Source: an uncultured Gammaproteobacteria bacterium (GTDB lineage: Bacteria > Patescibacteriota > Patescibacteriia > S139-126). Taken from it: a stretch of 64,000 bases of DNA. Within the stretch, counting starts at the first letter, position 1. Each line of letters begins with the position of its first letter. Below are positions 57,808 to 64,000 of the stretch, piece after piece. The position numbers were made by a program, and so were the translations under genes. Location: contig CAZBLW010000002.1 of the NCBI GenBank assembly GCA_964493305.1, forward strand, positions 258,521 through 322,520, read 5' to 3'. The notes under the pieces are model-generated. The model had not been told where the DNA came from and ran no database searches. It saw nothing but the letters and a program-made list of their open reading frames with translations.

Positions 57808-58166
57808 AAAAAATATTTAAATTTATAGTAGTTTATTTAGTGATTATTGGCTTGGCAATAATTACTACTACTATAGGCAAAAATATTTACGGTTTATTTT
57901 TTCCGAGGCAATTAATGGCGGGTTGGGGCACATTTTTTACCCCAGGAATTATAGAAGGATTTGTTTTCATGTATTTATTTTGGCTAAGCACAGTATTTGT
58001 GCCGGTGTTTAAACAAAAGTGGTGGCAGTATGCTTTAGCACCGGGATTAATTGTTTGGTTACCAGTTGCACTGTTTTGGCCGGTAGGTTTGGTGGGGGTG
58101 ATATTTTGTGGAGTGGGGGTGGGATTGGGATATCTGGCGCTTTGGTTAAAGAGAAAAATAAGTTAA
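57804..58166 (+). CDS. small polytopic membrane protein, hypothetical. Overlaps the lipase gene stop (ATGA).
   Basis: 120 aa with 3-4 TM helices, translationally coupled. Confidence 0.5.
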   Translation: MKKIFKFIVVYLVIIGLAIITTTIGKNIYGLFFPRQLMAGWGTFFTPGIIEGFVFMYLFWLSTVFVPVFKQKWWQYALAPGLIVWLPVALFWPVGLVGVIFCGVGVGLGYLALWLKRKIS

Positions 58167-58198
58167 AAGTTTGTAAAATAATAAAGTTTATAAAGTAT

Positions 58199-58282
58199 TG
58201 TCATCCCTGACTTAATCAGGGATCCAGAAAAAAAATAAGATGGACTCTTGATATTTCGCTGACGCAAAATTCAGGAATGACA
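58199..58282. repeat. MITE-like element, degenerate second half
   Basis: tgtcatccctgacttaatcagggatccagaaaaaaaataagatggactcttgatatttcgctgacgcaaaattcaggaatgaca. Confidence 0.6.
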
Positions 58283-58301
58283 CTTAGAATAAAATAAAAA
58301 A

Positions 58302-58589
58302 ATGAAAGAGTATTTTGTATATATTATGGCCAGTAATAAAAATGGCACATTGTATATAGGTGTAACTTCAGATTTGAAGAAAAGGATATATGAACATAAA
58401 AATGATTTAGTACCAGGTTTTACCAATAGATATAAAGTACACAATTTGGTTTATTTTGAAGTAATCAATGACATCAGAGAAGCATTACTTAGAGAAAAAA
58501 GATTAAAAAAATGGAAAAGAGAATGGAAGATTAAGTTAATTGAAAAAAATAACCCAAGTTGGAAAGATTTATATGAAGGTTTATTTTAG
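58302..58589 (+). CDS. GIY-YIG nuclease-superfamily small protein (UPF0213/YhbQ-like)
   Basis: YFVYIMASNKNGTLYIGVTSDLKKRIYEHKN (G-T-L-Y-I-G ... R...H). 95 aa. Confidence 0.8.
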   Translation: MKEYFVYIMASNKNGTLYIGVTSDLKKRIYEHKNDLVPGFTNRYKVHNLVYFEVINDIREALLREKRLKKWKREWKIKLIEKNNPSWKDLYEGLF

Positions 58590-58596
58590 ATTTTTT

Positions 58597-58745
58597 GGAT
58601 TCCTGCCTACGCAGGAATGACAAGGAAAGAACTTATTGTCATTCCGTGCTTGACACGGAATCTAAAAAAATAAAAATGGATTCCTGCCTACGCAGGAATG
58701 ACATGGGAGAATGGATTTCTGCTGAAGTTTATCCCGCACTTGATG
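58597..58745. repeat. cluster of MITE pieces: a second-half fragment (58597-58623), a full copy (58637-58703) and a truncated fragment (58704-58745)
   Basis: ggattcctgcctacgcaggaatgaca ... ttgtcattccgtgcttgacacggaatctaaaaaaataaaaatggattcctgcctacgcaggaatgaca ... ggatttctgctgaagtttatcccgcacttgatg. Confidence 0.65.
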
Positions 58746-58860
58746 TCAAAATGAAAATTTCATTTAATTAGGATTTGTTTATAAAATTAGAAAATTTATT
58801 TACAACTTGTGATTTGGAAATTCTAATTTTTTTGAAAAATTAGACCTGTGGATAACTTTA

Positions 58861-58890
58861 TTGCCTTACGTTAAAATTAATTGCTATAAT
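58861..58890 (+). promoter_or_regulatory. sigma-70-like promoter (TTGCCT, 18 nt spacer, TATAAT) driving a short transcript
   Basis: ttgccttacgttaaaattaattgctataat. Confidence 0.45.
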
Positions 58891-58896
58891 ATTAGC

Positions 58897-58979
58897 GTAA
58901 AAGTGGATTTAATATTGAGTGAGAGTTTCACATATACTCTTAGGGGAGAGGAACGCCGCGCTGCAGCACGGCGTTTTTT
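58897..58979 (+). ncRNA. candidate ~83-nt small RNA bounded by a promoter and an intrinsic terminator
   Basis: No ORF. Internal gagtgagag / ctcttagg pairing. Terminator acgccgcgctgcagcacggcgtttttt at 58953-58979. Confidence 0.35.
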
Positions 58980-59149
58980 GATACAAAAAAAACAGACAGA
59001 CGTCTGATTTAGTTAAAAGTTAGTAAAGTTTGTAAAGTTAGAAAGTATAGATGATTTAAGATTTAAGATTTATGATTTAAGAATATTCATAAATCATACT
59101 TCATATGTCATAAATCTGGTAAATTATTTATAATTTACAATTTATAATT

Positions 59150-60292
59150 TTACCGAAGGTATATTTCTTTGGTTTTACTAATCATATTCTCGATATTGAT
59201 TTGTTTTCTCACTCGAGAAAGTTGTTGTTCATCAAGTGGGGTTTGATTGATAAGTTCAGAAATGGTTTGGGTAAGTGCCGCGGTGTCATTTGGTTCTACG
59301 AGGCGATAATGAGTTTGCGGATAAAATTCCAGCATTTCAAAAATACCTCCCACCCGGGTGGCTACAATCGGTAACCCTTGAGCCATAGCCTCCAGTAGAG
59401 TATAAGGTAAACCTTCTTTGACTGAAGGTAAAACAAAGATATCAAAAGCCGAAAGATAGTTTTTGGCATTTTGTATACTACCCAGTAAAAAAACTTTACT
59501 TTCCAGTTTTTTTTGCTTGATCATAACTTGTAAATTTTTCTTTTCCGGGCCTTCACCAATGATGGTAAAGATAGTATCAGAATTTGTTTTAATAATTGTC
59601 TCTGCAGCGGTAATCAGGGCTGGGAGATTTTTGGTGGGATAAAGGTTGGCTATGGAGCCAATGAAGAATTTGGCAGTTGCTAGTTGTAAATTTCCCGATA
59701 TAGATAATAGTTTTTCTCTGGCTAGTTGTTTGGTAAGATTGGAAGTATGGTTGATATCAATACCGTTGTGAATTGTCACAATCTTTGCCATGGGAAATTT
59801 ATTGAGCCGGGCGGCGGAGCGATCGTATTCTGATACACAGATTACTTTGTTTTTATGAAGCGCAGAAAATTTCTCTGCCCAGAGATATAGTTTTTTCAAA
59901 CCTTCAGCAATTGGTTCCAAAAATACCCAACCGTGGGCAGTGTAGATAACTTTTTTATTTAAGCCCCAAGCGGCTAGCGATCCTAAAATACTTATCTTAC
60001 TGCTATTTAAATGGATAATATCAGGATTTAGGTTTTTGATTAGCTTTCTAATCTCAAATATTGCCAGCAAGTCAAAATGAGGTAAAATTGAACGTTTAAC
60101 ATATTTCAGTTGATACCAAGGAATTGAGTTGTCTTTCAATTTCAAAGGTAGCCAATCAGTATTGATTCCACCCGAGGCAACTGAGATATCAAGCTCATCT
60201 TTTAAGTGAGTAGCTAAATCAAGTACATAAGCTTGGGCGCCACCTGCTTCGGGTAAAGTAATCAAGTATAAGATTTTATTTTTTGTTGACAC
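59150..60292 (-). CDS. glycosyltransferase family 4 (GT-B, retaining)
   Basis: EGLPYTLLEAMAQGLPIVATRVGG (E-x7-E motif region) and N-terminal GGAQAYVLDLA. 380 aa. Confidence 0.8.
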   Translation of the reverse strand: MSTKNKILYLITLPEAGGAQAYVLDLATHLKDELDISVASGGINTDWLPLKLKDNSIPWYQLKYVKRSILPHFDLLAIFEIRKLIKNLNPDIIHLNSSKISILGSLAAWGLNKKVIYTAHGWVFLEPIAEGLKKLYLWAEKFSALHKNKVICVSEYDRSAARLNKFPMAKIVTIHNGIDINHTSNLTKQLAREKLLSISGNLQLATAKFFIGSIANLYPTKNLPALITAAETIIKTNSDTIFTIIGEGPEKKNLQVMIKQKKLESKVFLLGSIQNAKNYLSAFDIFVLPSVKEGLPYTLLEAMAQGLPIVATRVGGIFEMLEFYPQTHYRLVEPNDTAALTQTISELINQTPLDEQQLSRVRKQINIENMISKTKEIYLR

Positions 60293-60396
60293 AAAAATTA
60301 ATTATAAATTATTAATTGTAAATTATAAATGAATTTTCAATTATTCAATTCAAAAATTTTATAATTGATTTAAAATTGATAATTTAAAATTTAAAA
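60293..60396. repeat. AT-only tandem tract of ATAAATT / TTATAAATT units (representative of about 13 such intergenic tracts)
   Basis: aattaattataaattattaattgtaaattataaatgaatttt.... Similar tracts at 2298-2340, 20815-20860, 37024-37092, 40935-40975, 46598-46690, 51944-51990, 52360-52420, 54610-54660, 55030-55080, 59130-59160, 61168-61282, 62965-63000. Confidence 0.7.
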
Positions 60397-61167
60397 TTAT
60401 TTTAGTAATTTCTTAACTAGATATCTAACTACGCGACGTAAGTAAGCACCCAAAAATCCAGAATAATCTTTTCTGTATTTCACAATCAAACTGATATTCA
60501 TCTTCATCATAGCAAGGATTTTTTGCTTGGTCACGTTGCTAGAGTGCTTTCGGTATTTGGTCATATATTCTGGCAGATTGCCAATTTTCCACATCACTGC
60601 CATCCGTAACCACAGATCATAATCTTCCAAAAAAGGTAAACTCTCATCATAACCTTTCAAATGATCAATTCCAGCCGTACGCATCAAAACACTTGAGTGG
60701 GCCAGAGGATTTTTGTAGAGAATTGATTGTTTAATTTTTGCTGAATCGGTTTGGTTTTGGTAGCGGTTTATTTCCTGGCTTTGTTCATCAATTACAATCA
60801 CGCCGGTGCCAACCACCGCACAATCAGGGTGAGTGTCTAGATATTCAATTTGTTTAGCAAGTTTTTCTTGGTCAGACCATAAGTCATCACTATCAAGTAC
60901 TGCTAAAAATTCTCCTTTGGCAGCTTTTAGGCCGATGTTGCGCGCGGCACTAATACCAGGATCGGTTTCATTTTTGATATAAATAAAACGTTTATCATCT
61001 TTGGCTAATTCGGTGATGATTTTTTCATTAGCATCATAATCACCATTGTCCACGACAATAAGTTCCCAATCAGTCAGGGTTTGATTTTTTACACTTTGAA
61101 TCATCTCAGGGAGGAATTTTTCCCGCCCTTGGTGGGTAAGGGTGATAATGGAAACCTTGGGTAACAT
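60397..61167 (-). CDS. glycosyltransferase family 2
   Basis: VSIITLTHQGREKFLPEMIQSVKNQT..ELIVVDNGDYD..LAVLDSDD (GT-A DxD). 256 aa. Confidence 0.8.
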   Translation of the reverse strand: MLPKVSIITLTHQGREKFLPEMIQSVKNQTLTDWELIVVDNGDYDANEKIITELAKDDKRFIYIKNETDPGISAARNIGLKAAKGEFLAVLDSDDLWSDQEKLAKQIEYLDTHPDCAVVGTGVIVIDEQSQEINRYQNQTDSAKIKQSILYKNPLAHSSVLMRTAGIDHLKGYDESLPFLEDYDLWLRMAVMWKIGNLPEYMTKYRKHSSNVTKQKILAMMKMNISLIVKYRKDYSGFLGAYLRRVVRYLVKKLLK

Positions 61168-61282
61168 AAAATAATTTTGTAATTTTATAATTTTGTAATT
61201 TTTAAATAATTTTTAATTTTAAATGTTTAAAAATTTAAGTTTATGATTTATTTATAAAATTCAATAATTAAAAATTAAAAAT

Positions 61283-62122
61283 TTATAAAACATCCCATTC
61301 TTGCGGTAGTAGATGCTGGTAGTGCCCCTGGTATTTATTGTTCCATTTTTTGGGAGCAATGACAATTTTATTTGTATTTTGGTTTAAGTAAGCTGCCCAC
61401 CAGGAAAAAGTACTATTTGATATAATTTGGTGCTGGCATTGGCTCATCAATATCAACTCTTGTGTAGCTTCACTATTTTTTTCCGGTGAAACATATATAT
61501 TCTGTCCGTTGGTTTTTAAATTTGTTTTAACCCAAGCAATGTCATCTGAAAAAATGAAGAATATAGGATTTGTTATTTTTGTATTTATTAACTCCAGTGC
61601 TTTTTTAAAATAATCAATATTTATGGTTTGGTGAATCGATTTTATTTTTTGATTGTCAGCAAAGTCACCCCGTCTGATGTGGATAGCAACTGAATTTGAA
61701 TTTTTTATTTGACTGCTAATTTGTTGATAATAATCAGTAAACGGATTTTTCAAAGTGATTTCTTGTAGTAATTTATCTTTGATAGGATCAAGATATAGAT
61801 AGCTTTGCCAGTAGCCTTCAAAATAGTTTTTTTGCGAAGTTAACAAATGCGGTTGCCAACCAATATTAAATTCACGAAATATTTTTTGTTTGAAAAATCT
61901 GGCAAAAGCCGAGGGTGCGTACTTTTGTATTTCCTCTGTACTAGCAATTCCTGTTTTAATATTAAATTTATCCAAAACATACTTTCGTTTGGTATCTTTG
62001 GCACTTCCCATAGAAGATATATCCAATTTGAGTTGCTCGTTTCTTTTATTTGCTAAAAACCTTCCAAAGCCGTATTGGAAGAGTTGATTACCTAAACCTC
62101 CTTTTAATTTTACAATTAACAT
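61283..62122 (-). CDS. alpha-1,2-fucosyltransferase (GT11 family)
   Basis: The N-terminal LKGGLGNQLFQYGFG matches the GT11 signature (GGLGNQMFQYA). HxRRGD-like IHIRRGDF motif present. 279 aa. Confidence 0.75.
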   Translation of the reverse strand: MLIVKLKGGLGNQLFQYGFGRFLANKRNEQLKLDISSMGSAKDTKRKYVLDKFNIKTGIASTEEIQKYAPSAFARFFKQKIFREFNIGWQPHLLTSQKNYFEGYWQSYLYLDPIKDKLLQEITLKNPFTDYYQQISSQIKNSNSVAIHIRRGDFADNQKIKSIHQTINIDYFKKALELINTKITNPIFFIFSDDIAWVKTNLKTNGQNIYVSPEKNSEATQELILMSQCQHQIISNSTFSWWAAYLNQNTNKIVIAPKKWNNKYQGHYQHLLPQEWDVL

Positions 62123-62155
62123 ATTTGGTTAGCTTATAGCTGTCAGCTTTTAATT

Positions 62156-62881
62156 TTATTTAATAAACCAAAAACACCCGCAATCATAATTTCCTAATCT
62201 CAAATTATTAACATCAGGATTTTTTAGCATTGGACCATGGTATTCGGGGATAAGGCTAAATTCATGCAAACTTAAATCAGAAAATAGATTTTTTATCATT
62301 TCATAAGTATAAATCCGGTGGGCATTGAACATAATTTTTGCCTTTTTGCCAATAGGAACAACAAAGAGTAAATTTCCCCCAGGTGCTAAAACCCTGACCA
62401 ACTCTTTGATCGCTTTAATATCACCTTCAGGATCAAGTTGATCACCATAACGCCTTAAGCCAATATGTTCCACTGTGTGCATACAAGAAAGGGAGGAGAC
62501 ACTATTATCAGGCCAAGGAAGTTTCGTAATATCAATAGATTTAGTATTGAGATTTGAAAGTTGTAAATCAGCCGGTCTATAGTCATAGAAATCAACTGGC
62601 ACAAAAGCTGAAACAATTCCAGAAAAGTATAAGCTAGAAGCAATATCAATATGTTTTACCGGATTGATTTCTTTGACACATCTTGCTGCCCAAGCGGTGT
62701 GATAAATATAATGTCTATCAAAACCAGTAAGTATAGTTTTATCAAACGGTTGGGGATAGAAGTCTTTTAGTTGTGTAGAAAACCTTTTTTCCTTGTCTAT
62801 ATTTTTGAAATTTTTAAAATCCTGCCAAATCAAAGGAGTCAGCAACGTGTTTCTAATTAGTTTGTAGAGTTTTTTTAACAT
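62156..62881 (-). CDS. putative SAM-dependent methyltransferase-like protein (DUF268-like), in the glycan operon
   Basis: 241 aa. Rossmann-like stretch VRVLAPGGNLLFVVPIG. Assignment to DUF268 is from memory and tentative. Confidence 0.35.
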   Translation of the reverse strand: MLKKLYKLIRNTLLTPLIWQDFKNFKNIDKEKRFSTQLKDFYPQPFDKTILTGFDRHYIYHTAWAARCVKEINPVKHIDIASSLYFSGIVSAFVPVDFYDYRPADLQLSNLNTKSIDITKLPWPDNSVSSLSCMHTVEHIGLRRYGDQLDPEGDIKAIKELVRVLAPGGNLLFVVPIGKKAKIMFNAHRIYTYEMIKNLFSDLSLHEFSLIPEYHGPMLKNPDVNNLRLGNYDCGCFWFIK

Positions 62882-62889
62882 TTTTTTCT

Positions 62890-62962
62890 TGTCATTCTCG
62901 CGTAAGCGGGAATCCAGAAAGAATTTTTTATTTCTAGATTCCGTATCAAGTACGGAATGACA
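62890..62962. repeat. MITE-like element inside the minus-strand glycan operon (between two co-directional genes)
   Basis: tgtcattctcgcgtaagcgggaatccagaaagaattttttatttctagattccgtatcaagtacggaatgaca. Confidence 0.65.
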
Positions 62963-62985
62963 GTTAATTTATTTATAATTTAAAA

Positions 62986-63885
62986 TTAATAATTTATAAT
63001 TTTAAGGAATTTTTCAGCACTCTTTTTGTGCGTAAAATTTTCTAAAGCGTATTCACGTGGACTAAAGCTTTTTAAATTATTTAACATTTGTTCTAGCTTT
63101 ATTCCAAATTCTTCAATAGAACTAAAAAATATTCCACATTTATCAGTCAAGTAGGGACTGGAAATTTTTTTATCAGTCCAGCTGTATTCATTGTACTGCC
63201 ATTTGCCTGGATTCCAAACCAGTGTGGTTACATCACATATCCAGGCTTCTTGCTGGGCAATGCCTTGGCTTTCTGATTGAGTAAGAAATATGGCTAGTTT
63301 TGTTTGTTTTAATTTATTAAAATAGTCAGTTTGTTTGTATTTACCGTAAGTTATAATATCAATTTTATTATTTTCAATTTTTAATTTTTGGATAATTTTA
63401 TTTAACAGATCATTCGGTGCGTTTTTTTGATAAATCAAAATAGTGTCACGTTTATTAATCGGAGTTGGTTCACCTGGATTATCAACGCCAGCTGGCCAAA
63501 TATATATTTTATTTTGTAAAACAGGGGATTGACTGAGCCAAAAATCTTTAACCCATTGCGAAGGTACTAAAATTTTATCTATCAATGGATTGGTTGATAA
63601 ATTCCCAAAATCATTTGGTGTAACAGCAATATTTGGTCCAGCTAGAAGCTGTTTGATTTTCCCTTGTTTTTTTTGATCAATCGCATAACTTAGTGCTTTG
63701 GGATTTTGTAAAACAGCTACTGTATCAGTAAAATAGTTTGGATTAAATAGATAATTAAAATTCAATTCAGCTAATCCTTTTTGTAAACTTGTAGCTACCA
63801 TCTGAGGACCTCGCGCTGGTCTTAAGATCTCCTTTATATAATCAATTGGGGATAATGGTGGTTTAGTTAGTAGGGTGAGATCCAT
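62986..63885 (-). CDS. hypothetical protein of the surface-glycan operon (possibly a glycosyltransferase-associated protein)
   Basis: 299-aa ORF, co-directional and tightly linked with the GT genes. No motif recognised. Confidence 0.45.
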   Translation of the reverse strand: MDLTLLTKPPLSPIDYIKEILRPARGPQMVATSLQKGLAELNFNYLFNPNYFTDTVAVLQNPKALSYAIDQKKQGKIKQLLAGPNIAVTPNDFGNLSTNPLIDKILVPSQWVKDFWLSQSPVLQNKIYIWPAGVDNPGEPTPINKRDTILIYQKNAPNDLLNKIIQKLKIENNKIDIITYGKYKQTDYFNKLKQTKLAIFLTQSESQGIAQQEAWICDVTTLVWNPGKWQYNEYSWTDKKISSPYLTDKCGIFFSSIEEFGIKLEQMLNNLKSFSPREYALENFTHKKSAEKFLKIINY

Positions 63886-64000
63886 AAAATTTTTCTAAAG
63901 ATTCATCTATCCAAGTTTCAAATTTATTTATATTATTTTCTATCAGAAAAAGCTTGTCAGCTTTGGCTTTAGCTATTTTCCCCATTTCAACCAGTTCTCC
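63851..64000 (-). CDS. 3' end of a further minus-strand gene that runs off the window end (partial)
   Basis: Open frame on the minus strand from 64000 down to the TAA at ~63851 (..GELVEMGKIAKAKADKLFLIENNINKFETWIDESLEKFYGSHPTN*), overlapping the next gene's start. Confidence 0.3.

Noticed and set aside
60293-61282. Possible CRISPR array suggested by the regular short repeats in the ATAAATT tracts
   Set aside because: The repeat unit is 7 bp and AT-only, with no unique spacers of uniform length and no cas genes. These are simple tandem tracts.
1-64000. rRNA genes, transposases/IS elements, toxin-antitoxin pairs, restriction-modification or other defence islands
   Set aside because: I looked for their signatures (DDE/Y1 transposase motifs, methyltransferase motifs IV/I, PIN/RelE-like small pairs, rRNA-like conserved stretches) and found none. 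The only nuclease-fold genes are the isolated GIY-YIG and GxxExxY small proteins.

Overview
AT-rich window (roughly 35-40% GC by eye) that looks bacterial. It is densely coded, almost entirely on the + strand up to ~58.6 kb, then on the - strand from 59.1 kb to the end. The gene content suggests a small-genome, possibly CPR/Patescibacteria-like organism, but that placement is an inference. Supporting it: a two-subunit 2-oxoacid:ferredoxin oxidoreductase, RlmH, an RNase J-like beta-CASP enzyme, an ECF sigma factor, GxxExxY and four-helix-bundle small proteins, and a large investment in giant cell-surface proteins. Main content, in order: (i) four consecutive giant N-terminally membrane-anchored proteins (3920-25949, ~7,080 aa in total), one glycine-rich with phage-tail-fibre-like Gly modules and three built from DUF2341-like plus LamG-like (concanavalin-A-like) modules; (ii) a cluster of secreted and membrane-anchored proteins (26407-34739) containing two paralogous two-gene pairs, a protein with a textbook C-terminal dockerin, and two membrane-anchored proteins with cohesin-like domains, i.e. 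a putative cohesin-dockerin surface assembly; (iii) a housekeeping block (korAB, rlmH, RNase J-like, tRNA-Pro(CGG), HtrA-like PDZ protein, sigma/anti-sigma pair); (iv) a very large S-layer-like secreted protein (47178-50675) with a long GC-rich structured leader and a double terminator; (v) an O-antigen-ligase-like/TPR membrane protein flanked by two identical ~480-bp direct repeats, each carrying a four-helix-bundle gene; (vi) a minus-strand surface-glycan operon (GT4, GT2, GT11 fucosyltransferase, methyltransferase-like). The intergenic DNA carries several repeat families: a ~70-90-bp MITE-like element with TTGTCATTCC...GGAATGACAA termini and two internal hairpins (about ten copies); 7-bp ATAAATT-type tandem tracts at many gene boundaries; 'gatttaagatttaag' and 'attagtaatt' repeats; and a two-copy ~185-nt GC-containing element whose stems show compensatory substitutions, which is a candidate structured RNA. 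A promoter-to-terminator ~83-nt candidate sRNA lies at 58.9 kb. I found no CRISPR array, integrase, transposase or rRNA.
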